Assembly (NCBI GenBank): GCA_965220085.1
Contig: CBDCOZ010000003.1
Location: 352,001 to 416,000, forward strand
Length of the DNA: 64,000 nt
Reading direction: 5' to 3'
Source: Candidatus Oxydemutatoraceae bacterium
GTDB taxonomy: Bacteria; Pseudomonadota; Gammaproteobacteria; Poriferisulfidales; Oxydemutatoraceae
Part shown: positions 39,365 to 48,433 of the stretch, piece after piece
Layout of the letters: every line of letters starts with the position of its first letter
How positions within the stretch are numbered: the first letter of the stretch is position 1
Program-made: the position numbers and the translations under genes
Notes under the pieces: model-generated
Told to the model about the DNA's origin: nothing
Databases searched by the model: none
The model's input: the letters and a program-made list of their open reading frames with translations, nothing else

Positions 39365-39956
39365 GCGCGGGGGTCGATCTTGTCATCCGCGCCGGGATGC
39401 TGACTTTGCTCAAGGGCATGGAGGCGGATTATGCGGAGATTGAGAAGGGGCGGCATAGTTTTATCTTCCTAAACCCCAACGATGCGTCGTATGTCGCGCT
39501 GCGTGAGTGAGCGCGGGGGTCGATCTTGTCATCCGCGCCGGGATGCTGACTTTGCTCAAGGGCATGGAGGCGGATTATGCGGAGATTGAAAAGGGACGGC
39601 ACAGTTTTATCTTCCTAAACCCGAACGATGAGTCGTATGTCGCGCCGCGCGAGTGAGCGCGGGGGTCGATCTTGTCATCCGCGCCGGGATGCTGACTTTG
39701 CTCAAGGGCATGGAGGCGGATTATGCGGAGATTGAAAAGGGACGGCACAGTTTTATCTTCCTAAACCCGAACGATGAGTCGTATGTCGCGCCGCGCGAGT
39801 GAGCGCGGGGGCCGATCTTGTCATCCGCGCCGGGATGCTGACTTTGCTCAAGGGCATGGAGGCGGATTATGCGGAGATTGAAAAGGGACGGCACAGTTTT
39901 ATCTTCCTAAACCCGAACGATGAGTCGTATGTCGCGCCGCGCGAGTGAGCGCGGGG
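39217..39956 (+). repeat. Tandem array, 5 x 146 bp; unit = 3' half of the HesB-like gene
   Basis: GAGCG(A/C)GGGG at 39217, 39363, 39509, 39655, 39801, 39947. Confidence 0.97.
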
Positions 39957-39962
39957 CGCGTC

Positions 39963-40364
39963 TTAAATGTAGAGTTTGCGGTCGCGCCTGCGCGTGCCGC
40001 CGCGCTGTATGATCAGCCCTCTGATCGCTTGCGTGTGGGTGATTTCAACGGTCGGGTAGCCGGCGCTGAGCGGCTTGAGAAATTGCCGCCCCTCTTTGAT
40101 GACGAATTGGCGAAAGATGTATTCGCCGTTTACTTCCGCAAGCACATAGGCGCCGTTGGGCGCCAGGCTTTGCGGTTCTATGATGACGATGCACCCGTCG
40201 GGAAACTCCGGTTCCATGCTGTCGCCTAACACGCGCAAGGCGAAGGGTTCGCTCGCGGCACACCCCGCATCGCCCAACTCTTTTATGTCCGCTTCGTCCG
40301 TCACCGTGTCGTTCTCACTTAAAGGCGACCCAAGTCGTGGCGATATACTTTGCGCCGTTTTCAA
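39963..40364 (-). CDS. S24 family peptidase-like protein without HTH
   Basis: FALRVLGDSMEPEF.DG..VII.P; start uncertain. Confidence 0.8.
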   Translation of the reverse strand: MKTAQSISPRLGSPLSENDTVTDEADIKELGDAGCAASEPFALRVLGDSMEPEFPDGCIVIIEPQSLAPNGAYVLAEVNGEYIFRQFVIKEGRQFLKPLSAGYPTVEITHTQAIRGLIIQRGGTRRRDRKLYI

Positions 40365-40920
40365 GCGTCGTGCCGCGGTGCGGATGGGTCCAGAACGGCG
40401 GGAACAATAGCAACTTGCCGCGTTCGGGCTTGACCCGCACGTCTTGGAAAAGAAATTCGGTTTCGCCGCCGGGGCCGTCGACCTCGTTGAGGTACCAGAT
40501 CGCGACCAGTTGGCGGTCGCTGAGCGCGCGGCTGTCGCCGTCGATGTGCCAGTGATAGAACTCGCCCGTCCGGGTGCGCTGGAGGTTGTAGCCGACGTCT
40601 TTGAACGCTCCTCTGAAGTATGGAAATGCCACGCACAACTCCCGCAGCGCCTCCGTCAGCGAGCGAAAGAGCGCCGCATCCGTGTCCTTCCAGTTGTCTT
40701 TGTTGCTGATGAATAGGTCGGTCGAGCGTTTGAGGGCGGGGTTTTCTATCCGGCCTTGTCCGACATATCCGGGATGGTGTTCGTCGCCGGCGGCTTCAAA
40801 CCGGCGCACGATGTCATCGCATAGGTCGGCGGCGATCGCGTCGTCTTTCTCAAAGATAAAGCTATGCGGTTTGACCTCGCGCACTGTTTGCAGCAACTCG
40901 GAGTAATTCTGTTTACGCAT
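40315..40920 (-). CDS. 2OG-Fe(II) oxygenase
   Basis: YHWHID (HxD), WYLN, GGET.F, FPPFWTHPHRG, KYIATTW. Confidence 0.9.
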   Translation of the reverse strand: MRKQNYSELLQTVREVKPHSFIFEKDDAIAADLCDDIVRRFEAAGDEHHPGYVGQGRIENPALKRSTDLFISNKDNWKDTDAALFRSLTEALRELCVAFPYFRGAFKDVGYNLQRTRTGEFYHWHIDGDSRALSDRQLVAIWYLNEVDGPGGETEFLFQDVRVKPERGKLLLFPPFWTHPHRGTTLENGAKYIATTWVAFK

Positions 40921-40967
40921 GGGCGTATGATAACATTTATAACAAAGCCGATGGCTCGGATTTTTTA

Positions 40968-41519
40968 ATGGTACGGATACGAACAAAGTGGAATAAGAAC
41001 AAGCCCGCTCGCAACTTTGGCGATACTGCGAGCGGTTTGTGCGTGAGCATCTGGCGCATGGCCTGCGAGTGCGTGTTGAATTTGGAGAACGAGGGCTTTG
41101 AGACCGACACCAACGCGCAGCGTCTTGATATTATTGCGGAGTTTTCGGTCTTTGCGATTCACTTGTTGGATCGTTTTGCATACGCGCATCTGGATACGCA
41201 AAGCCGTGCCGGCTTGATTACCGCAACCGCCCGCCGCTTTGCCGAAATCATGCAGGACAACCGCATCGATACCGATGGCGGAGGGCGCCACGAGGAAGCC
41301 TTCATTGCGCTGCTCAATCGGCGCGCGGACGAGTATGCCGAATGTTCGTGCGGCGAGTGCGGAGAGCCGGGCTTTAGCATGCGGCGGGTGCTCGGCGAGC
41401 ATGTGCGAGACCTGATGGGGGAGAAGCATCGGCAATGGGTTCCGGATTATGTGATAGACAAAGAGGCTCCGGATTTGTATCGGTCTTTGCGCCGCGCCGG
41501 ACAGTTGGTGTTCGCGTGA
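40968..41519 (+). CDS. Hypothetical protein
   Basis: Long ORF with plausible composition, followed directly by the sulfotransferase; family not recognised. Confidence 0.7.
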   Translation: MVRIRTKWNKNKPARNFGDTASGLCVSIWRMACECVLNLENEGFETDTNAQRLDIIAEFSVFAIHLLDRFAYAHLDTQSRAGLITATARRFAEIMQDNRIDTDGGGRHEEAFIALLNRRADEYAECSCGECGEPGFSMRRVLGEHVRDLMGEKHRQWVPDYVIDKEAPDLYRSLRRAGQLVFA

Positions 41520-41520
41520 T

Positions 41521-42288
41521 ATGTCCGGCGGGCTGAGTAACAAGACCCAGCGCTGCCTTGCGCCGCGCGATTGCGCGCGGGCTGTTTTGGTGTCTTCGCT
41601 GAGCATGGCGTGGGAGTCGATTGCCGGTCGGGAGCGGGGGCCGTACATTTCTCATAAGCACAAGTTTGTCTATTATGATGTGCCCAAGGCGGCATGCACT
41701 ACGGTCAAGTTATGGATGGCGGAGGCGGATGGCATAGCGGTGAAAAACAGCATCCACTCTGCCGACATTCCCCGCGCCTTCTATCATAGGGCCGCTTCCA
41801 AATACAAAGATTATTTTCATTTCTCTTTTGTCAGGAACCCGTGGGACCGGCTCGTGTCTTGCTACTACAACAAAGTTCGCGACCCGGCAGGCGGAGGCGT
41901 TCGCAACGCGGTTATTATTGACGGCGAATACAAAGGTTTTGCCGACAGATACGGCAAAGGGCATTTTAAGCGCATGACATTTGCCGATTTTGTGCGCTTT
42001 GTGTGCGGGATTCCCGACTGGATGTGCGATGTGCATTTCCGGCCGCAGGATACCTTCCTCAACATGGCGGCGATGGACTTTGTCGGTCGCTTTGAGGATT
42101 TTCGCCCGGACTTCCGCTATGTGATGGAGGAGGTCGGTGCCGCAGATTCCGCGGCTAAGTTCCTGAGCCAAAAGTCGATGGCAAGCTCCTATGAGGGCGG
42201 ATACAGGGCACTGTATGACGATGAGACCAAAGTGCTCGTTGCGCGCAAATACGCGAGAGAAATAGAACGCTTTGGCTATGCTTTTTGA
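41521..42288 (+). CDS. Sulfotransferase family 2 protein
   Basis: PAPS-binding VPKAACTT, FVRNPWDRLVSCY, HFRPQ, DFVGRFE, FGY. Confidence 0.9.
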   Translation: MSGGLSNKTQRCLAPRDCARAVLVSSLSMAWESIAGRERGPYISHKHKFVYYDVPKAACTTVKLWMAEADGIAVKNSIHSADIPRAFYHRAASKYKDYFHFSFVRNPWDRLVSCYYNKVRDPAGGGVRNAVIIDGEYKGFADRYGKGHFKRMTFADFVRFVCGIPDWMCDVHFRPQDTFLNMAAMDFVGRFEDFRPDFRYVMEEVGAADSAAKFLSQKSMASSYEGGYRALYDDETKVLVARKYAREIERFGYAF

Positions 42289-42449
42289 TTTCCGCGCGGG
42301 CTTGCGCAAACCGTATGCGCGGGCGCTGGCGGCGGCGCAAGATAATAGGCGAGGACTAGCGAGAGCATAGCTTGCGCAACGTATGCGCCCGCGCATCGGC
42401 GGCGGCTCGCAAGCGGCGGGTATAATTGAACCTGCGACACATCGCATAC

Positions 42450-42542
42450 GGAGAGGTACCGAAGTGGTCATAACGGCGCTGACTCGAAATCAGATGGTCG
42501 GTGTATGCCGGCACGTGGGTTCGAATCCCACCCTCTCCGCCA
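42450..42542 (+). tRNA. tRNA-Ser (CGA)
   Basis: GGAGAGGTACCGAAGTGGTCATAACGGCGCTGACTCGAAATCAG...long variable arm...GGTTCGAATCCCACCCTCTCCGCCA. Confidence 0.96.
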
Positions 42543-42665
42543 ATTCCGACTTTTGCCCGTGCGGGCGGTGTTTTTGGAAGAAGTTTGAGTGAAAACTATG
42601 GTGGCAAAAGCAATAACGATTTTTCTGGTTGATGGCGAACGGGCTTAAAATATCATGGATAACAC

Positions 42666-43682
42666 ATGGATAACAGGAAAGGAAAAAAGTTTAAATTTAT
42701 AGATCTATTCGCTGGAATTGGAGGAATGCGGATTGCTTTTGAGCGAGCGGGCGGTAAATGCGTTTTTACATCTGAATGGGATGGTCCATGCCAAGTTATG
42801 TATGAAGCAAATTTCGGCGAGAAGCCTTTCGGCGACATCACGGAACTGAGCGCCGAAGATGTGCCGAATCATGATATTTTGGTCGGCGGCTTTCCGTGCC
42901 AAGCGTTTAGCATCATTGGCAACAAGTTGGGGTTTGCCGATACCAGAGGCACTTTGTTTTTTGACATTGAGCGAATACTGAAAGCCAAACAGCCAAAAGC
43001 ATTTTTGCTTGAAAATGTGAAACAACTGACCACCCACGACGGGGGACGAACATTCGGCGTTATTTTGCAGTGCTTGGAAAAGTTGGGGTACTTTGTTCAC
43101 TACAAAGTGCTGAATGGGTTGGATTTCGGCGTTCCGCAAAAAAGGGAGCGAATTATTATCGTCGGATTCAAGAAAAGTTATCCTTTTAGATTCCCTAAAA
43201 GCAAAAGCAAGACAAAACCGCTTGCGGATATTTTGGAAGCGGAATATGAGGTAGACAAGAAGCATTTTTTGAGTGATTACTTCCGACAGAAACTGCAGCG
43301 GAAATTGAAAGAGCAAGGCAAGGAAATAACCGCTCGTCCGGCGGTTGTTCACGAGAATAAGGGCGGTAATTTGGGGATACACCCTTTCTCCGCTGCATTG
43401 CGCGCCAACGGCTCATACAATTACGTCACGCTCAATGCCGAACGTCGCCTTACTCCCAGAGAGATGCTGAGACTGCAAGGCTATCCGGATACATTTAAAA
43501 TAGTCGTCCCCGATACGCAGGTTAGAAAACAAGCCGGGAACAGCGTTGTAATCCCGAAAATAGAAGCTGTGGCGCATGCCATGACAAAAGCCATGAGCGA
43601 AAAGCCGCAAAACATGCCGGCACAGTTTGATTTACTGGATGCCGATAAAGAGCCACAGAGAATCTATGCCGCCAAACCATAA
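42666..43682 (+). CDS. C5 DNA cytosine methyltransferase (M.HaeII-like)
   Basis: FIDLFAGIGG, GFPCQAFS, ENV, QKRERI, RLTPRE, QAGNSV; TRD HENKGGN..ALRANGSYNY. Confidence 0.93.
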   Translation: MDNRKGKKFKFIDLFAGIGGMRIAFERAGGKCVFTSEWDGPCQVMYEANFGEKPFGDITELSAEDVPNHDILVGGFPCQAFSIIGNKLGFADTRGTLFFDIERILKAKQPKAFLLENVKQLTTHDGGRTFGVILQCLEKLGYFVHYKVLNGLDFGVPQKRERIIIVGFKKSYPFRFPKSKSKTKPLADILEAEYEVDKKHFLSDYFRQKLQRKLKEQGKEITARPAVVHENKGGNLGIHPFSAALRANGSYNYVTLNAERRLTPREMLRLQGYPDTFKIVVPDTQVRKQAGNSVVIPKIEAVAHAMTKAMSEKPQNMPAQFDLLDADKEPQRIYAAKP

Positions 43683-43790
43683 AAGACCGCGAAAGAAGCC
43701 CTTGATACTGTGATTCGAGAATCACGCATACATTTGATTGATTGGATGCCTTATGTGGCAAAGCGGTAGGCAAATGGTTGACTTATAAGA
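43666..43790 (+). pseudogene. Truncated remnant of a HaeII-like restriction endonuclease
   Basis: Manual translation TAKEALDTVIRESRIHL resembles, from recall, the N-terminus of HaeII-family REases; no long ORF remains. Confidence 0.5.
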
Positions 43791-43828
43791 GACTGGTTTC
43801 TTAGTCTCTGTTATTGTCGGGATGTGTT

Positions 43829-44383
43829 TTATCTGCTTGGGTTTAATTCAACACCCATGCCCTTTAAGATAAAATCCCGCAAAGAAATGCCAAGCACGGT
43901 ATCAAAGATGATAGCCGTTTCCGCCCCCTCGCCAAAAGCCACATCTTCAATAGACTTTTTTTCTTGTGAGGTTAATAAATCGGGCAATTCTTCAAGCGCA
44001 AAGTCAAAACATTTCTCTTGAATAGAGTAAGCGCTTTCATTTTCTTCTGTCTTCACATGCGAAGCATATTTTTTAGCCAATTCATCAGCCTCAATGAGAC
44101 CGGTCACTTTTATGCCCATATCATTTAATCCGGCAGGGCTTGCAGAGTCAGAGAATTCACGACGGCGCATAGCCATCATGCCGCTTTTCAAAAAATCCGC
44201 ATCATTCGCTATAGCGTCAACCTTAGCGAGAAGGTGGTTCCAGCCCTCTTTAAAAGGTTTTAACCCTCTGAGAAAGTCGACCAGTCCGCGCAACTTATAA
44301 CCGCCATAAAAGATTATTAAAAGCAGAATGACAACCGCGACGATAACGCTAAGCCAATTATCTAAGAAAAGAGCCATGCCCAT
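43829..44383 (-). CDS. Hypothetical membrane-anchored protein
   Basis: N-terminal TM segment, 184 aa ORF in the AT-rich island. Confidence 0.65.
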   Translation of the reverse strand: MGMALFLDNWLSVIVAVVILLLIIFYGGYKLRGLVDFLRGLKPFKEGWNHLLAKVDAIANDADFLKSGMMAMRRREFSDSASPAGLNDMGIKVTGLIEADELAKKYASHVKTEENESAYSIQEKCFDFALEELPDLLTSQEKKSIEDVAFGEGAETAIIFDTVLGISLRDFILKGMGVELNPSR

Positions 44384-44789
44384 TTATTTAACCTTTTGAA
44401 AACATTTTGTTTTATGACCGCATGGTTTTGCGACCAACCCCAACCATTGTCATGGCATTATAACGACAATCATGCTTTTACCCGAAAGGGACGGTCTGAC
44501 AGCCTTTTAGGGCCTTGTCACCCCGCTGCTAATAATCATTTCCGCTCCATGCAGGCAAACAGAAACTCCCGAGCGGCGCATCCGTGTGCCCCCAGCCGCA
44601 CATCTTGAACTCAATGGTTTTGGGACTCGCTTATAAAGCGAGCGACCATTGCGAGCTTCGGTTTCAACGGCATCCGTGTCAACCTTGCTATTTCATTCAA
44701 GCGGCGCATGAATCTCAGCCTTTGATTCCGATATATCAGAGATCGCGGGCGGATCCGCTTTTGTTAAAAGCTTGTCGCCGGTTCTTATT

Positions 44790-44935
44790 TACCAGCGGGT
44801 TTTGTCCCACATTTCGGGGTTGCTCCAGAAGCGGCTTGTGTTCGCGCCATCTTTGATTAGATCTTTGTAATTGATCTGCAATCCCATACCGAGAAAAGCG
44901 GCGGCGATTTGTGTCAAAGGTCGGCAATTCCACCG
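44790..44935 (-). pseudogene. Deleted duplicate of the 50619-51945 region (fragments of the DUF6231-like gene and rnd)
   Basis: Three colinear matches: TACCAGCGGG..GAAGCGGCT (50619), TTGTGTTCGCGCCAT (51539), CTTTGAT..GGCAATTCCACCG (51860-51945). Confidence 0.85.
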
Positions 44936-45155
44936 CACCTCGGGTGCGCTCCCTTTGTTGCGCATGCAAAACCAAAAATTTCCTTACCCTTAGAAATCGG
45001 CGGGGGTGCGGGAGGAGCCGCAAAAAATTGAAAGGAAATTTTATGGTTTTACTTTCGCCGCTTCCTTTGCAAAATTGAGACAAATTTCTATAATTCAGAT
45101 GTAAATATTTTATGTTTTACATTGTGATTTATATATCATGTTATAAAACACCGCT

Positions 45156-45353
45156 ATGAGCATTGCGAATAATTTAAAAAAGATACGGGCTGAAATGGGC
45201 TATTCTCTCGAAAAGGTTGCCCGCCTTGCAGATTTATCTCTCAATACTGTTGTCAAAATTGAGAACGGTGCGAACAAAAATCCGACGATTGATACCTTTT
45301 CCAAAATCGCCAAAGCGCCTGAGGTCGGTGTTGATGATTTAATACGGGAATAG
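45156..45353 (+). CDS. XRE-family HTH protein, probable R-M controller (C protein)
   Basis: 65 aa: LKKIRAEMGYSLEKVA...IENG..KNPT; lies immediately upstream of the putative REase. Confidence 0.88.
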   Translation: MSIANNLKKIRAEMGYSLEKVARLADLSLNTVVKIENGANKNPTIDTFSKIAKAPEVGVDDLIRE

Positions 45354-45355
45354 TT

Positions 45356-46329
45356 ATGAAAGACTTAATAATTCACCAAGTCAATATTTCTCACTATCGC
45401 CTGATAGAGTTGGCTAAGTTGGCAGACCAAGCCAAACCTTTTTATGATTGGGCGGAGAAGAAGGCAAAGCATGTTACAAACTCGCATAAAACGCTCAACG
45501 AAATATTACTTCATGCCGACAAAAGCCGGCTGAAAGAAATAATTGTCTCTTGTTATAACGCAACAGAGGAAGAAACCCCCATGCTGTTTGATGGTATTGG
45601 CAGAGTTTATACTCACTCAAAAGCGTGTTTCTACTTTTTTGCTTGGATTATCAGAGATGCTCCGCGACAGAGATTAGCGCCTCTAATTTCGAGAATGAGA
45701 AAAATTGAAGACATTGAAAAATAACAGCCGAAACTGATTCTCTGGTTGAGCTTATCCATGAATATCGTTCGCTTGTTAAAAGTTTTGAATGGCAAGCTGT
45801 GAGAGAGATAGTTATTGACAGGCTTGAAGGATCAAGACGCAGCATTAAAGGACATCATCTTGAGGCGGATATCAGAACGGCTCTTGTTACGGCTTTCCAA
45901 AATTATTACTCCATACACTCGGACTATGGAAAATGTAAGAAAGTAGAGATTGCGAAAAAACAAATCAAAATCGGAAATCATACCGTCGATGTGTCGGCAA
46001 AGTTGCTCTCTAAAAACGGACAACCAAACTACAAGCTTCTAATTCCAATAAAGACAAGAGAGACAGAGGGCGGCGGTCACGCGCACATCTTTACCAGAGA
46101 TATAGTGGCGGCAATTCGAGATTTAAAAGATAGTGATTCCGCCTATCATATTGTTGCGGTAATTGTTGCCCGGAATTGGTCGCCTGCTGAGATTAGTAAC
46201 ATTGACGACCGGATAGATCTCATTTTCCATTTCAATATGAGCCCAAACAAGTTTGATGGTTTTGACGAAGATTCTCAGATTAGATTAAACCAGTATATTC
46301 AAAAAATACTCAATCGGCATGAAGAATAA
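45356..46329 (+). pseudogene. Putative type II restriction endonuclease, frameshifted at an A5 run (45717-45721)
   Basis: ORF 45356-45724 and the frame of ORF 45799-46329 (open from 45721) join if one A is added; VD...IPIKTRE nuclease-like motif; lies between C protein and MTase. Confidence 0.72.
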
Positions 46330-47212
46330 AAAACTGAAAGACAAAATAATATTGGGAGATGTTCGAAAAGCGCACAGGCAAATACCCGACAGCGGCTTTC
46401 AGTGCATCGTTACAAGCCCTCCGTATTTTGGACACAGGAAATATTCCGGAGACGATTCCAGTCCGGATGAAGTCGGAAGAGAAACAAACCCGCAAGATTA
46501 CATCTCCAATCTGGCGGAATGTTTTGGCGTGTTAAAAAGCAAACTTCAAGATGACGGTCTTTTGTGGCTGAACTTGGGCGATACCTATCGAAACAAAAGT
46601 CTTTTGGGCATGCCTTGGAGAGTCGCATTTGCGCTTCAAGATGACGGTTGGATACTGAGAAGCGATATTATTTGGCATAAACCAAACGCAATGCCATCTT
46701 CGGCAAAAGACAGACTGACAATCGATCATGAATATATTTTCCTCTTTTCGAAAACAGCCGATTATTTTTATAACGCGGATGCGATCAGAGAACCCCATGT
46801 TACTTTTTCTGAAAAATCAAAAATGAAGGGAGGGAGAAATCACTTTGGCAAAAGAGACGGCACACCGGAAAACGGTAAAAATGGCGGGAATGCAAATCTG
46901 CATAACGGAAGATGGGATCAGGCTTTCCATCCCAAAGGGAGAAACAAAAGGACTGTATGGGAAATACCTCTTGGCAAGTTTCGCGGCACACACTTTGCGG
47001 TATACCCGGAGAAGCTGGTTGAGACTTGCATATTGGCTTCCACAAACGAAGGGGATTGTATTTTGGATCCTTTTGCGGGCTCGGGAACAACCGGTGTTGT
47101 TGCCAAAAAGCATGGCAGAGATTTTATTGGTATTGAGTTGGTGGAAACATATCAAAAAATGGCGCAAGAAAGAATTGACAAAGAGAAACAACAACTTGCC
47201 TTATCGAGTTAG
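46319..47212 (+). CDS. N4-cytosine/N6-adenine DNA methyltransferase (beta class)
   Basis: TSPPY, IIWHKPNAMP, HFAVYP, LDPFAGSGTT. Confidence 0.95.
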   Translation: MKNKKLKDKIILGDVRKAHRQIPDSGFQCIVTSPPYFGHRKYSGDDSSPDEVGRETNPQDYISNLAECFGVLKSKLQDDGLLWLNLGDTYRNKSLLGMPWRVAFALQDDGWILRSDIIWHKPNAMPSSAKDRLTIDHEYIFLFSKTADYFYNADAIREPHVTFSEKSKMKGGRNHFGKRDGTPENGKNGGNANLHNGRWDQAFHPKGRNKRTVWEIPLGKFRGTHFAVYPEKLVETCILASTNEGDCILDPFAGSGTTGVVAKKHGRDFIGIELVETYQKMAQERIDKEKQQLALSS

Positions 47213-47215
47213 CTT

Positions 47216-48433
47216 ATGAAAGGTCAATTGAACACAACCGAGCTAAAAGACATTGTGCAGGATTGCAACATAAATTTCCTGCTTGGTTCTGGCATGTCTA
47301 TGCCATATCTCTCAACATTTGGAAAAATTGAGCAATTTTTGACTGAACTTACAGCGAAAAAAGAAAAAGGAGAAGTTACTGATGAGCAAGAGAAAATCAT
47401 CCGTGTTTCGCTGTATAAAAAATTTTTTGACGGCGCAATTTTGAAGAATCTTGAAATTCTGAGAAGTAGCACTGGTGCGAGTGATGTTTTGGAAAACTAC
47501 AAAGTTTTTCTAAAAATACTCAACTCAATTCTACTCAATCGCAAAAGCACAATTTTGAATAAGCAAGTAAATTTGTTTACGACAAATGTAGATGTGTTTT
47601 TGGAGAAAGCTTTGGAGAGTACCAGTGTGGAGTATAACGACGGCTTTAGCGGTCGTTTTGATCCATTGTTTAATCTCACGAACTTTAAGAAGTCATTTTT
47701 TAAAACAAGTTTGCATTACGACAACACTTCTGAATTACCAGTATTTAATTTAATGAAAATACATGGCTCTCTTACTTGGTATAAAAAAGAGAATGAGGAT
47801 ATTGCCTTTTCTCTTGATTTAGGGCTTGCTGAGAAAATAAAGTCTAAAACTATTTCTGATGATAAGTTGATCGAAATTGATGACGAAAAAACTATTGACG
47901 ATTTAGTTAGCGTAGCAAACGGCAAAACCCCCGATGATTCAATCGATGAATTTACTACTGAATATGAAAAATTGGCAATTGTGAATCCGACAAAAGAAAA
48001 ATTTAGAGAAACAGTTTTGAACAGAAACTATTATGAACTTTTGCGGATTTATTCCAATGAGCTTGAAAAAGAAAATACAGTTTTGTTTGTTGCAGGATTT
48101 TCTTTTGCTGATGAGCATATTCGTGATGTGACGATACGAGTTGCAAATTCCAATCCAACACTCAAGATTTATATCTTTTCGCACTCAAGTAATCTTGACG
48201 AAGGTGTGCAAAAGGTCAAAGAAGCTTCTAATAATAACAATATTGAAATTGTGGTTCCGCCTCAAAAAGAAAATGGAGACGGAGAAATGGATGATGAATT
48301 CAAATACGACTTCAAAACCATAAACGACAAAGTGTTCGGTGAGTTACTGAAGAAAATTGGCGAAAAGGAAGAGGTAACAGATTTTAATTTTTACAATGAA
48401 CGACAAGCAAACATTAAAAGACTCAATTTTTAA
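47216..48433 (+). CDS. SIR2-like NADase (Sir2-HerA defence system)
   Basis: NFLLGSGMS, FTTNVD, KIHGS, GFSFADEHI. Confidence 0.9.
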   Translation: MKGQLNTTELKDIVQDCNINFLLGSGMSMPYLSTFGKIEQFLTELTAKKEKGEVTDEQEKIIRVSLYKKFFDGAILKNLEILRSSTGASDVLENYKVFLKILNSILLNRKSTILNKQVNLFTTNVDVFLEKALESTSVEYNDGFSGRFDPLFNLTNFKKSFFKTSLHYDNTSELPVFNLMKIHGSLTWYKKENEDIAFSLDLGLAEKIKSKTISDDKLIEIDDEKTIDDLVSVANGKTPDDSIDEFTTEYEKLAIVNPTKEKFRETVLNRNYYELLRIYSNELEKENTVLFVAGFSFADEHIRDVTIRVANSNPTLKIYIFSHSSNLDEGVQKVKEASNNNNIEIVVPPQKENGDGEMDDEFKYDFKTINDKVFGELLKKIGEKEEVTDFNFYNERQANIKRLNF

